A stretch of 64,000 nucleotides of DNA, from NCBI GenBank assembly GCA_048538215.1, contig JBLYPV010000001.1, forward strand, positions 547,526 through 611,525. The letters are read 5' to 3'. The notes under the pieces are model-generated. The model had not been told where the DNA came from and did no database searches. It saw only the letters and a program-made list of their open reading frames with translations. Source of the DNA: Patescibacteria group bacterium. Lineage in GTDB: Bacteria > Patescibacteriota > Minisyncoccia > Phycocordibacterales > GCA-2747955. Made by a program: the position numbers and the translations under genes. How positions within the stretch are numbered: the stretch's first letter is position 1; each line of letters begins with the position of its first letter. Positions 26,787 to 37,121 of this stretch are shown piece by piece.

Positions 26787-28928
26787 ATGTTTAGTGCTCA
26801 CCCATTTCAATCAAAGACGCGCATACTTATAAGTAGTATGGCTATTATAGCTATGGTGGGGAGTGCTTTTGCCCCGCTTGTTTCTTATGCTCAGATACGA
26901 AGTGTGACTCTTGCTAATCCGAATGTAATTGGAGATGCATTTCAGGGAGCAGTAGATGACACCTTTCAAGAGATAGAAACAGGAATAGATGGAGCTATCG
27001 ATGACGGGATAGGTGGCCTAGGAAGTGGCAATCCGATAGTAGATGGGGTGATACAGGGGGTAGCTGGCGCAGCAGCAAGCTATCTCTCCTGCCACATTGG
27101 TGGAATAATAGGCACGGCTGCTAATGCTATCACCGCCGTACCAGTAGCAGATAAAGCTACAAATATTGCCACCATGGCACAAAAGGATAAAGAGTGTCTT
27201 AATGATGGATTGGCTTTTGCTCTCAAAGAGGGAATTATTAAAGGGATATTACAAGGAATGATTACCTATATCAATAATGGATTTTCTGGGGGGCCTGGCT
27301 ACTTGCAAGACGAAGAGCAGTATTTTACCAATCTTCAAGACAGACAATTTAATCAGTTTATCAACAACCCAAGTAATTTTAGCTCGCTCTGTTCTGCCTG
27401 GGAAGCTGATGTACGTTTGGCCCTTGCTACCGAATACAGCACTGCCTCGAAAGGGAAGCGCCCCCCACAGCTTAGTGGCACAGGTACGGGCTTGGGTGTA
27501 GCGATTGATGGCTCCGACCCAGATACTTGTGAAATCCTCTCCGACGGCTACGCTGCATCAGGAGCAGATGGCACGGGCTTTTGGAGAATTTTTGAAGCAC
27601 AAACTACAAATATAAGTGGTAATCCAGTGACCTCGTATTTTGATATTGCCGATACTTTTGCAGAAAGATTTAAATACAATGTAGAAAAAGAAATACGAGA
27701 AATCCAGCGAACAGGAGGATTTTTTGATGTTACCTACTGTGACGATGGCTCTGCTGAATATGCCGAGCTTCCAGGCAAGCCGATTAGTACCGGTAGCCAA
27801 AATTGTAAGGTGACTACTCCGGGAGCAGTCATCAATGCCCAACTTAATTCGGCTCTTGATTCTGATTTGCGTAGACTTGAGCTGGCAGACGAGATCAATG
27901 AAGTATTTAGCGCCTTGATTGGGCAGTTAATTGAGATGGTCTTTAGTGAGCTTGGGCTTTTTGGTACTACCGAGCGCACGGGAGGATCACAATCACTGAT
28001 AGAGCAATATGGAGGAAGCGTTAATTTCACTGTTACTGCTGCAAGTATTGGCCAACTGATCAATCAACTCAAAACATATGAGGATACCCTCATTGCCTAT
28101 ATAGGACTTAAAGAGAGAAGCGCTTCAGCTATCCTTGATGCACGAGAGGTGGTATTCAACACTATGGCTTGCTATGAATCAAAATACAATACCTGGGGCC
28201 GTGTTTCTGCTCGAGGTACCAGTAATTATGTAATTGATCCTGCTCAGGTAGCAGATGTCAGCGAGGGAGACCGTGAACGGGTGACTTTCAAGAAGGAAGA
28301 TACCATTGGCGGGTCTGGTGGAAGTGGAGTCTTTGGAGGCAATCAAGGATCATCTGAAAGTAGTGTAACTACGCTATTTCTCACCCCGGATAGAATTGGT
28401 GAGCAACTCGATGGATATATGATGCTTATGGATAATCTAAACGGCTATATTATTGGCTTACAAAGAGATATTGATAGAGCAGAATCAAATATTGATAGAG
28501 CTCGTTTATACAGATCTCAATTAGAGTATATTAATGCAAGCGATAATCCGATTGATGCGGTATTAGCAAGCTCAAGTATTCTCAAGCTAATATCAGATGT
28601 GTACGGAAGTGGCGGTACGAGTGTATCTGTAGAGCTTGATGATGGAACATTTGTAGAGATCCCGCAAGATTTCTCACCAGCGATGATTCTCGAGGCATAC
28701 TCGGTAGTGACCTATAATTTGGATGTCTTTGATAATCAGAAAGCAACTCAGCAAGCTACTGGGGTGGAAATGGCGGTAAAAGATATGCTTGAAGGGGTCG
28801 AGCTACGCTTTGGTGGGCGCTCTCCTGGGGTGCTTGAAGACTTGGAGCAATGTCGATCATTTCAGACAATTCATAATCCTGGATTCAATGAGGGTGGAAG
28901 TGAGGTAAGCACAGGAGGAGATAAATAA
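26787..28928 (+). CDS. large secreted hypothetical protein
   Basis: Signal peptide; Gly/Asp-rich; no recognisable domain. Confidence 0.45.
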   Translation: MFSAHPFQSKTRILISSMAIIAMVGSAFAPLVSYAQIRSVTLANPNVIGDAFQGAVDDTFQEIETGIDGAIDDGIGGLGSGNPIVDGVIQGVAGAAASYLSCHIGGIIGTAANAITAVPVADKATNIATMAQKDKECLNDGLAFALKEGIIKGILQGMITYINNGFSGGPGYLQDEEQYFTNLQDRQFNQFINNPSNFSSLCSAWEADVRLALATEYSTASKGKRPPQLSGTGTGLGVAIDGSDPDTCEILSDGYAASGADGTGFWRIFEAQTTNISGNPVTSYFDIADTFAERFKYNVEKEIREIQRTGGFFDVTYCDDGSAEYAELPGKPISTGSQNCKVTTPGAVINAQLNSALDSDLRRLELADEINEVFSALIGQLIEMVFSELGLFGTTERTGGSQSLIEQYGGSVNFTVTAASIGQLINQLKTYEDTLIAYIGLKERSASAILDAREVVFNTMACYESKYNTWGRVSARGTSNYVIDPAQVADVSEGDRERVTFKKEDTIGGSGGSGVFGGNQGSSESSVTTLFLTPDRIGEQLDGYMMLMDNLNGYIIGLQRDIDRAESNIDRARLYRSQLEYINASDNPIDAVLASSSILKLISDVYGSGGTSVSVELDDGTFVEIPQDFSPAMILEAYSVVTYNLDVFDNQKATQQATGVEMAVKDMLEGVELRFGGRSPGVLEDLEQCRSFQTIHNPGFNEGGSEVSTGGDK

Positions 28929-28936
28929 TATTTTTT

Positions 28937-29245
28937 ATGGCAATTGCAACACAAATTAGCCAGGATATTCGCAAGCACCTTGCTCGGCTTACCGCTGGTG
29001 AAGAAGAGCAATTGCTTGATATGGTGGGGGAAGTGCTCTGGCAGAGGGTGGCCATACGAGCAGCCTCGTATCTTTCGGAAGCATCCCAAGAAAAGCTCCG
29101 CTCTTTGATTGATACTCAAGAAATAGATAGCAAAAAGCTTGTATCATTTCTCGCCCAAGATATTCCTCATCTTGCAGAAATTGTGGGAGAGGAGGCCTAT
29201 AATTTGCGAGAGGAATACTATGCTATTATGAAAGCTAGTGAATAA
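28937..29245 (+). CDS. small hypothetical protein
   Basis: Compact ORF tightly packed between neighbours. Confidence 0.35.
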   Translation: MAIATQISQDIRKHLARLTAGEEEQLLDMVGEVLWQRVAIRAASYLSEASQEKLRSLIDTQEIDSKKLVSFLAQDIPHLAEIVGEEAYNLREEYYAIMKASE

Positions 29246-29256
29246 TTATTGCCACT

Positions 29257-31704
29257 ATGTCGAAATCACCTGAAGGATTTATCCCACATCCTAGAAAGCA
29301 AAATAATGAGGAACAAAAGCCAAAGCTTTATGGGAAAGGCTCCGAGCGAGAGCTCTGGTCTCTCAAAAGCAAACAACCACTCTATGGGGCTGCACGAAAA
29401 TCTGCTTTAGATAGAGCAGACAGGGAGAATGAAGAAGCTCAAAAAAAATATCGAGAAGGGATAGAGCATACTGAAGGCGAGGAAACTCAACATATAAAAG
29501 AAGAGAGTGCTCCTTATGTGCTAAGCCCTGAGCAGAGGGTGGATGCTCATAGCAAAACTGAAGAACTACCAGAGATTACAGAATTGGCCCGAGCCTCAAG
29601 AAAGGCACAAGAAGCATATGACGCACAGGTGCGAGCATATTATACAAATAAAGGCGCCTTACGATCACTTACAGGCGGTGTTCGAAAATTTTTTGCTGGC
29701 GATGAATTACCAAAGGAAATTATAGATTTGCGAGCGAAGTATCATGATATAGAAAAACAGCGCCGCGAAGCAGTGGCTCGACATATTCGAGATCGAGGAA
29801 AGAGAAAAACAGCTAATTACGAGCAATCAAGACTAAAATCAAGCAATGATGGAATCATTGATATCATCAAGCGCTATGATTATCGATCAGAATACCGATC
29901 AGCTTATTCTGCCGAAATAGGCAAGCAGGCAAATGAGCGTATCGATATGAAGCTCATAGATGCCTACCAGCGAATCAATCCCGCTCTTCGTCGTGGTATG
30001 AGCTATGGAGCTTTGACGGGACTTGCTGTAGCAGGAGGAGCTCCACTGGTGGGGGCGGCTGCATTGATAGCAGCTCGGATGGGTGGTGGTATGGCAGGAG
30101 GTGTGGTGGGGGCATTTCTTGCAGGACGCATCAATAAAAAGCGTCTGGAATCACTAAACGCAGAGCAACGACAGGAATTGAGCATTCTGCGAGAAAGCTA
30201 TGAGCGATCAGTAGAAGAAATTTCTCATATATATAAATCACAAAAGAGCAAGCTTAGCTTGCAGGAGGAGCGAAATATGCGTCGCCAAATTGGCTTTGCG
30301 GTGATTGGGGGATTGGTAGGAGGAGCAGGAGCGGGCTTTTCGGCTCATACTGCCCATATAGAACAAGCCTTTGATAGTACCCAAACTAATACACCATCAG
30401 ATGGGATGGCACCAAGGCGAGGTAGCTATGAGCCAATTTTACGCACGAATCCGCATCCTGAGCTCGATACTACTCCAGCTGAGCAAGCTCGCGCTCTAGG
30501 ATATACTACCTATGCTCCCCGTGATACTGTGTATGACATTGCACATCAAAAGGTAGTAGATGCATCACCTGAGATGGCACACCTCTCTTCATATGAGCGA
30601 GATAATTTGGTGATGAATTTTATAGAAAAATTACGGCAAGACCCAGAGCTCTCTATGGCTCTCACTGGATCATACTCACCTGATTATATTCAAGCTGGGG
30701 ATGAAGTACGGCTGGATTCATGGCGACAATTGATGAGTGAAGAGAGCGGAAGTATTAAAAATCGCTACTTTGATTGGGAGCTTGATCGGGTAGGGGATGC
30801 GCATGGTAATTTTAGATCAATGCTTGAGGCAGCAGACGCGCTTGACCCAAGCACGACAGCACAGGGGCAGGTGATAGAAAGTGTAGCTAGCAGGGAATAT
30901 ACGAGTCCACTTACAGAGTACAGGGTACAACGAGGGGATAATCTGTGGAATTTATGGGGAGAATATGCAACTAGTCCTATTACAGATGCACAAAAGGTGG
31001 CAATGGAAGCGATGGTCCGTGATAATCCAGGAGCCTTTGGGATTGACTCAAATAATCCAGATCTCATTTATACGGGCGAAGATATTAATTTGCAAGCAAT
31101 GTTTGATACCGCTCAGGAACGAGGTATTATTCCAGCAGAAGCTAATCCAGCAGGAGAAGCACTTGATACTTCCAAAAACCTAGCCGAGATGAGAGGTGAG
31201 AGTGCGGGAGAGATGGAGCAATTAATAGAAGAGGATTCGATTGAGGATACCAAAGCAGAATTAGATGCTATCAGGGCAGAGCTTGCGGATATGGCACAAG
31301 ATGTGAGGGATTATATCGAGGGAGGAGGAGATGGAGCACTGGGGACAGAGGCAGTGCTTTCAGGCACCCCACAAGAGATGGCGAGCGAAATGGAAGCATA
31401 TTTACAGGATGGGAGCCAATTGATGAGCTATGAGTATGCAAGGCCTTACTTTGATACTGTTTTAGCGAGTGGTAGCTATGATTTGATAAAGCAAAATATT
31501 TTAGAAAATTTTGGTGGCGAGGAGGTGTATGTAAAAGCTATAGGGATTGACCCTGAAACAGGGCATAAAATAGTGGATTTTACCAATATTAATGATCCTA
31601 TAAATGGGACATATTTCCGCTATGACTTGGAATCGGGGCAATTTACTGGTAGTCATATTGAAAAACCAGGATTATTTGCCCGTTTGCGGACCTTTTTCTC
31701 TTAA
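29257..31704 (+). CDS. LysM-domain membrane protein
   Basis: Gly-rich TM pair (GALTGLAVAGGAPLVGAAALIAARMGGGMAGGVVGAFLAG); LysM-like YRVQRGDNLWNLWGEY...IYTGEDINL. Confidence 0.5.
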   Translation: MSKSPEGFIPHPRKQNNEEQKPKLYGKGSERELWSLKSKQPLYGAARKSALDRADRENEEAQKKYREGIEHTEGEETQHIKEESAPYVLSPEQRVDAHSKTEELPEITELARASRKAQEAYDAQVRAYYTNKGALRSLTGGVRKFFAGDELPKEIIDLRAKYHDIEKQRREAVARHIRDRGKRKTANYEQSRLKSSNDGIIDIIKRYDYRSEYRSAYSAEIGKQANERIDMKLIDAYQRINPALRRGMSYGALTGLAVAGGAPLVGAAALIAARMGGGMAGGVVGAFLAGRINKKRLESLNAEQRQELSILRESYERSVEEISHIYKSQKSKLSLQEERNMRRQIGFAVIGGLVGGAGAGFSAHTAHIEQAFDSTQTNTPSDGMAPRRGSYEPILRTNPHPELDTTPAEQARALGYTTYAPRDTVYDIAHQKVVDASPEMAHLSSYERDNLVMNFIEKLRQDPELSMALTGSYSPDYIQAGDEVRLDSWRQLMSEESGSIKNRYFDWELDRVGDAHGNFRSMLEAADALDPSTTAQGQVIESVASREYTSPLTEYRVQRGDNLWNLWGEYATSPITDAQKVAMEAMVRDNPGAFGIDSNNPDLIYTGEDINLQAMFDTAQERGIIPAEANPAGEALDTSKNLAEMRGESAGEMEQLIEEDSIEDTKAELDAIRAELADMAQDVRDYIEGGGDGALGTEAVLSGTPQEMASEMEAYLQDGSQLMSYEYARPYFDTVLASGSYDLIKQNILENFGGEEVYVKAIGIDPETGHKIVDFTNINDPINGTYFRYDLESGQFTGSHIEKPGLFARLRTFFS

Positions 31705-31911
31705 AAATATATATCACAATATATTGACAATTTGTCAAAATTAAGGTAATCTTTTGTTAATGGTACTTTGATACGCAATCTTAATTTTCCGGATTTTCTT
31801 CCGTGAAATGCAGCTTTTTGTTGCCAAAGGCAATAAAAAGCTGCATTTCACCCGAAGGGCGTGCAGTATTCTTATATACACAAGCCCTTCGGGGCAACGA
31901 AAGGGATCAGG

Positions 31912-32850
31912 ATGGCACTTTTTGGGAAGAAGAAGGGCAACAGCCCTAGCGATGACCTTCGTAAGGAGGTCATCTCGGCTGCCGCCAAGGCGGCAGCCGA
32001 TCAAGCAGCCAAAGAGGCTGCGACGAAATTCGACCCCGAGCAGCTGAGCGCTGCTCGGGTGGGCGATGCGCTCGATCGCCGGGCTCAGACCCGTCATGAG
32101 GAGAGCCGGGGGCTCTTGTACCTCGGGGTATTCCTAGCAGGGATGACCCTTGTCCTCGTTTCCCTCTGGGGCTTCTCTGGCGGTTCGTCCGCTGGAGTGA
32201 ATGCCCTCAACAGGGGGATGAGCGCTGGCTTCGAGCGGGTCTATGCCCGGCTCGATGCCATCGATGCGCGCCTTTTGGCGCTCGAGAGCAAGCCTTGTCG
32301 CAGGGCCTGTGCTCTCGAAATTGCTCCCAAGCGGGCGGTATCACTACCGCTCGACCGGAGCCAGTGCTACCTGGCCAATGGCCACGTGATCCGCACTGGC
32401 TCACGAGGCTCAATCGGCCTGGCCGATCGCTGGCGCCCAGCACGCCAATTTGGTGCTGTGCGCTTGCACGCCTGCCTCTTTCCCGAGCGGATTGAGGCAA
32501 GGCGGGAGCAGGCCCTGCAACGGACTCACAGAGTCTACTGCAGGGAAGGGGCATACCTCGGTCGCAAGGCCGACGGGAGCCTGACCTGCTTCCGACCCCG
32601 ATCGCAACCCTGGCGGTCGAGCCAGCACTCGTGGATCGATGGTGGGCAGGGATCTGGCCCGCCTTCGGGCACTGGTGCTGACCGTGGTGAAAGCCATGGT
32701 GGTACCCCGGCTGGCCCTTCGGATCCAGGTGCTGACCGTGGTGAAAGCCACGGTGGTACCCCGGCAGATCCGGGCGCCACTGGCATTGGTGGCAATGATG
32801 CCGGCGGGGGTGGCCGTGGCGGGGAAGGTCATGGTGCCGGACCCGCATAA
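31912..32850 (+). CDS. hypothetical protein in ~66% GC foreign-looking insert (single TM, Gly-rich tail with 13-aa tandem repeat)
   Basis: ATG at 31912 preceded by aagggatcagg; GADRGESHGGTPA repeated twice; antisense ORFs of similar length exist, so frame assignment is tentative. Confidence 0.3.
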   Translation: MALFGKKKGNSPSDDLRKEVISAAAKAAADQAAKEAATKFDPEQLSAARVGDALDRRAQTRHEESRGLLYLGVFLAGMTLVLVSLWGFSGGSSAGVNALNRGMSAGFERVYARLDAIDARLLALESKPCRRACALEIAPKRAVSLPLDRSQCYLANGHVIRTGSRGSIGLADRWRPARQFGAVRLHACLFPERIEARREQALQRTHRVYCREGAYLGRKADGSLTCFRPRSQPWRSSQHSWIDGGQGSGPPSGTGADRGESHGGTPAGPSDPGADRGESHGGTPADPGATGIGGNDAGGGGRGGEGHGAGPA

Positions 32851-32985
32851 GATTGCGTTGGGGCGGGAATCATCTCGCCCCAGCACACCTTTTGCACTTG
32901 CAGAAGGTGTTTTTAATTATATAAAGTATGCAAGGTGGATAAATCAGTGGATAAAATGTGGTTTATAAAAACTAAAACACATATA

Positions 32986-33014
32986 TTGACATATTGTCAA
33001 ATATGGGATAGAAT
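32986..33014 (+). promoter_or_regulatory. sigma70-like promoter TTGACA-17-TAGAAT whose -35 lies in palindrome TTGACATATTGTCAA
   Basis: ttgacatattgtcaaatatgggatagaat, ~70 bp upstream of 33082; near-identical copy at 31724-31738. Confidence 0.5.
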
Positions 33015-33081
33015 GTGTCGGATTTCTATCCCAAATAGGGAGTAAAGTAAATCAATTAATATTTCAGTATAAAAAATTTCT

Positions 33082-35064
33082 ATGAAAACATTACTAAAGA
33101 CTATCGCATTGCTTGCTACATTTACTGTTGCAGGAATTGCTATGGGAGCTACTCCAAATGATAGCTCTTCATTCAATACTCTGTATGTATCTGATGTAGC
33201 TCTATCAAATAATAGTTGGTCGAGCTCAGTGAATCTTAGTAAAGATGAATTACTTTCATTTGAGCTACACTATTATCTCAAAGAAGGGGTATCAGCCCAG
33301 GATATGAAATTTTCACTTGAGAATCTCAACGGCCGTACCTACAAAGCAGGTGAAAGTGAGACGGTAACTGGTAAAATTACCGCTAGCAACCTTTCTCCAG
33401 CATATGGAAGCGTACAGGTACATTTCACTGATAATGTACGACTTGATTTATATAATGTATCTTGGCAAAAATATCCGTGTTCTTCCGTAGGATGCGAGGA
33501 ATCACTCGTGGATTCATACGCTAAAGTACTTACTTCTAGCGGAATGAGCATCGGAAATGTATCAGGGGGTAATTCACACTATACTGGAAATGTGATTGTT
33601 AGCTTTAAGGTAAGCGAATATGATCCAACACCTAGTTATAAAAATTGCTACCTCGACAGCGTTACCGTCACTCACGGCAATTCATATCGCTTCTACTCAC
33701 GAGAAACTACCACTGATACTTGCTCAGCATATAGCTTGGTACGCACCTGTACCGATGGAGTACTTTCAGGATCTGATAGCTACAAGTATGCGAGTTGTAG
33801 AGTAGACTATGATAATGACAAAATTGATATCACTACCCTCTCTGCTACCAACATTGATAAGAGCTCTGCTCGACTTCGTGGACAAATGAGAGGAGATGAT
33901 AATAGACGAGTATGGTTTGCTTTTGATAAAAATAATCGTACTCCATCTTGCTATTCATCTTCACAACGAATAGGACGGACAACCGTAGATGATGGTGATT
34001 ACTTTAGTGAAACTGTTACCCGACTTGATGAAAACAAGCGCTACTACTTCCGTGCTTGTGGAGAAGATGCTAATGGTGATACCGTTTCGGGATCTATTCG
34101 CAACTTCACTACTGATCGGGGAGATGATGATGATGATGATGTAGAATTGAGAGCAGTGACTGGTATTGCTTCTCATATCACTACCGTAGCAGCTCGTCTT
34201 AATGCTTATGTATTTGGAGAAGGAGATGCCTACTGTTACTTCCAATTCGGGCGTACCTCATCTCTTGGGCTGAGCACTTCAGGACAAAGTATAAATCTTG
34301 ATGATACTTCTGCTTGCTCTATCCTTCGCAATACACTTTCTCCTAATACTACTTATTACTACCGTGTAGTGCTCAAACAAGGAACTAATTATGAGTATGG
34401 ATCTATTCGAAATTTCCACACTAATAGTGTCTATGTGCCTCCTAAGCCATCTATTCCTGAAGCGGATGATGATGGGGAAATTGAAGTGACCAAATGGGTA
34501 TCCGCTGAAACAGATCCACGATTCGATACCTACACGAGAGCCCAACGAGGTGAAACGGTGTATTACAAAGTACGCGTACAAAATGACACTGGTGAAGATC
34601 TTGATGATCTGACCGTGATTGATCGCATTCCATTTTACTTGGAGCTTGATACGGATCGTGCAAGTGATGACGATCAAGCAAAGACAATACAGTGGGTGAT
34701 TGATCTTGATCGGGGAGAATCTCGTACCTTTATTACCGAAATGCGAGTACGAGAGGATGCTCGAAAGGGAGATGTGATCATTTCCTACGCATCAGCATCT
34801 AATAATAAGTATTCTGCTAATTCTAACGATGTTGAAATCGAAGTAGAGGGAGGCCTATATGGAGTAGATAGCGACGATGATGCAAATCAAGGGGCCACTA
34901 TCTTTGGCGCAGGCTTCTTCCCACAAACTCTTGTGGGCTGGGGAATTCTCTTGATTATCCTCTTGATTATCTTGTACATTATCTCACGCATTATTGTATC
35001 TCGTAATGAGCATGCTCGTACACTCGCTGAGCTTGAAGCGGCACGCCGAGCACGCAATGGCTAA
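33082..35064 (+). CDS. large surface protein with signal peptide and C-terminal TM anchor
   Basis: Signal peptide, poly-Asp run, C-terminal WGILLIILLIILYIISRIIV followed by basic residues. Confidence 0.5.
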   Translation: MKTLLKTIALLATFTVAGIAMGATPNDSSSFNTLYVSDVALSNNSWSSSVNLSKDELLSFELHYYLKEGVSAQDMKFSLENLNGRTYKAGESETVTGKITASNLSPAYGSVQVHFTDNVRLDLYNVSWQKYPCSSVGCEESLVDSYAKVLTSSGMSIGNVSGGNSHYTGNVIVSFKVSEYDPTPSYKNCYLDSVTVTHGNSYRFYSRETTTDTCSAYSLVRTCTDGVLSGSDSYKYASCRVDYDNDKIDITTLSATNIDKSSARLRGQMRGDDNRRVWFAFDKNNRTPSCYSSSQRIGRTTVDDGDYFSETVTRLDENKRYYFRACGEDANGDTVSGSIRNFTTDRGDDDDDDVELRAVTGIASHITTVAARLNAYVFGEGDAYCYFQFGRTSSLGLSTSGQSINLDDTSACSILRNTLSPNTTYYYRVVLKQGTNYEYGSIRNFHTNSVYVPPKPSIPEADDDGEIEVTKWVSAETDPRFDTYTRAQRGETVYYKVRVQNDTGEDLDDLTVIDRIPFYLELDTDRASDDDQAKTIQWVIDLDRGESRTFITEMRVREDARKGDVIISYASASNNKYSANSNDVEIEVEGGLYGVDSDDDANQGATIFGAGFFPQTLVGWGILLIILLIILYIISRIIVSRNEHARTLAELEAARRARNG

Positions 35065-35092
35065 CTAAATATTAGCTAAGATACTATATTAA

Positions 35093-35126
35093 GAAAACAA
35101 CCGCACAAAATTGTGCGGTTGTTTTC
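35093..35126 (+). terminator. rho-independent terminator
   Basis: gaaaacaaccgcacaaaattgtgcggttgttttc. Confidence 0.6.
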
Positions 35127-35182
35127 TTTAGATAATTGAGCGGTAGGGGCGAGGTGTGCTATAATCGACACTGTAATTAATA

Positions 35183-35788
35183 TTGTATATGTTGATACCA
35201 ACAGTAATTGATAAAACCCCACAGGGGGAGCGCGCCTATGATATTTACTCGCGCTTACTTAAAGACCGAGTAGTATTTTTAGGTAGCCAGATTGATGATC
35301 AGGTAGCCAATGCCATTATTGCTCAATTATTATTTCTTGAGTCGGAAGCTCCTGGCAAGGAGATCACCCTCTATATTCACTCACCAGGGGGCTATATTCA
35401 CTCAGGGCTTGCGATATTGGATACAATGAATCATATTAGCTCTCCAGTATCCACCGTGTGCGTGGGAATGGCTGCCTCGATGGGCTCTATTTTGCTTGCG
35501 GGGGGAGAAAAGGGCAAGCGCTTCTCACTACCCAACTCGGAGGTGATGATCCATCAGCCCCTGGGAGGAGCAGAAGGGCAGGCATCTGATATTGAGATTT
35601 CAGCCAAGCATATTTTGATGAATAAAGACCGCTTAATCAAGCTTATGGCAGAATTTACCGGACAAAAGAAAGAAAAGATTGAAGCGGATATGGATCGAGA
35701 TTACTATATGAATGCTGAAGAGGCCAAGAAATATGGAATTATAGATAAAGTACTTAGCAATAAGTCGAAATCTAAAAAAGTGAAGTAA
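35183..35788 (+). CDS. clpP: ATP-dependent Clp protease proteolytic subunit
   Basis: [18 protein letters not shown]...HSPGG...GMAASMGS...MIHQPLGG. Confidence 0.85.
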   Translation: MYMLIPTVIDKTPQGERAYDIYSRLLKDRVVFLGSQIDDQVANAIIAQLLFLESEAPGKEITLYIHSPGGYIHSGLAILDTMNHISSPVSTVCVGMAASMGSILLAGGEKGKRFSLPNSEVMIHQPLGGAEGQASDIEISAKHILMNKDRLIKLMAEFTGQKKEKIEADMDRDYYMNAEEAKKYGIIDKVLSNKSKSKKVK

Positions 35789-35853
35789 ATATGTGGGGCC
35801 GTCACCGATAGGTGACGGCCCCCATTTTGATATTTAATTTAATCTGTACATCT

Positions 35854-36552
35854 ATGACTAAAAAAATACTTATAAAATTATCTGGTGAAGCTCTCGCGAA
35901 TGGCGGATCGAATTATCGTGAAGATGTACTTGCAGATATTACTACTCAGGTATCTCATCTTATGGAGGCAGGCCACCAGGTAGCGCTGGTGCCTGGTGGA
36001 GGTAATCTTTTTCGGGGTAAGGAATTGATAGAGCGGGTCAATGTGAAGCGACCTACTGCGGATTATATTGGGATGCTTGCTATTGTGCAAAATTCACTGG
36101 TATTGCGAGACTATTTTGAGTCTCATGGTACCCAAGCACGTGTGTGTTCGGCTATCACGATGCAACGAGTGTGTGAGCCCTATATCCCACTGAGAGTAGA
36201 GCGACATCTTGAAAAAGGCAGGGTGGTCATTCTTTCTGCTGGTACGGGAAATCCCTATGTTTCATCAGATACGACTTCGGTAATGCGTGCTTTGGAGCTG
36301 GGCTTTGATAGGGTAGTAATGGCAAAAAATGGTATTGATGGAGTGTATACAGCTGATCCTAAAATTGATCCAACTGCAACTAAAATTAAACGCATCACTG
36401 CCTCGGAAATACTTGAAAAACAGCTTGGCTTTGCTGATGCAGCGGCGGTATCACTTGCTTTGGAAAACAATCTACCTCTGCAAGTAATTTCAATGAATGA
36501 CATTGATAAGCTGGAGCAGGAAGACATCGGCACGATGGTCATTCCTGAATAA
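35854..36552 (+). CDS. pyrH: UMP kinase
   Basis: ILIKLSGEAL...GGGNLFRG; start moved to ATG 35854 (track ORF begins upstream inside the clpP terminator). Confidence 0.85.
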   Translation: MTKKILIKLSGEALANGGSNYREDVLADITTQVSHLMEAGHQVALVPGGGNLFRGKELIERVNVKRPTADYIGMLAIVQNSLVLRDYFESHGTQARVCSAITMQRVCEPYIPLRVERHLEKGRVVILSAGTGNPYVSSDTTSVMRALELGFDRVVMAKNGIDGVYTADPKIDPTATKIKRITASEILEKQLGFADAAAVSLALENNLPLQVISMNDIDKLEQEDIGTMVIPE

Positions 36553-36602
36553 TAAAGCAAGCTCTATTTTGCTAGATCTGGAGAAAAATTATAAGACTAG
36601 AT

Positions 36603-36630
36603 TTGACTCTGTAAAATATATCATTATAAT
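36603..36630 (+). promoter_or_regulatory. strong sigma70-like promoter TTGACT-16-TATAAT
   Basis: ttgactctgtaaaatatatcattataat. Confidence 0.5.
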
Positions 36631-36637
36631 ACCATCT

Positions 36638-37087
36638 TGAGTGAGCAGTGGAGAAGAGGGAGAGGAATTTTGCGAAATAACAAGGCAGTAGAGGTTTTAA
36701 TTTTCGTGCACCGTGATATGCCATTTCGCGGTGAGAAACTCAAGTGCGTGCAGAGAGCTCTCAAACACAATAGGGCTCTCAAAATTTCTGTACAAGAGGG
36801 GAAGGCAAAACGACCAGGAGAAAAAAGGCAGTATAGCCGTTGCCTCCGGATCAAAATCCCCCGAAGGAGATTCGAGAAAGCCCGAGAAGACGGACAATTG
36901 TCCCAATTCTTGGAGCATCGAATCTTCCGCAGAGATTTTCTACAGTGTGTCTTTCCCCTTGAAATAAAATCCTTCAAGGAGCAGATGCAAGTAAAGAACC
37001 CCCGCCAGAAATGGCGTAGGGCGGCCTAGGCAATTCGCGAGGGCAATTCAAACAAGAACAAGAGGGGCGGTAAGACTGCCCTTTTTC
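36638..37087 (+). ncRNA. candidate ~450-nt non-coding RNA (or very basic small protein) bounded by promoter and hairpin terminator
   Basis: Only overlapping ORFs on both strands, none with an RBS or conserved-looking sequence; terminator gggcggtaagactgccc+TTTTT at 37065-37086. Confidence 0.3.
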
Positions 37088-37121
37088 ATATGCTAAATAT
37101 TAGCTTATTAAATAAACAAAT

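Noticed and set aside
32207-32886. Long minus-strand ORFs (213 aa and 158 aa) inside the GC-rich insert
   Set aside because: High-GC DNA yields long spurious ORFs. They are antisense to a + strand frame that has an ATG with an upstream AGGGA and a sensible TM-plus-repeat protein. They are Arg/His/Pro-rich low-complexity translations.
36624-37029. RNase P RNA or tmRNA identity for the orphan transcription unit
   Set aside because: No GGAAAGUCCGG/P4 or ACAGAACCCGGCUUA-like conserved regions; no tRNA-like 5'/3' ends or ...AA-stop tag reading frame. Left as unassigned candidate ncRNA.
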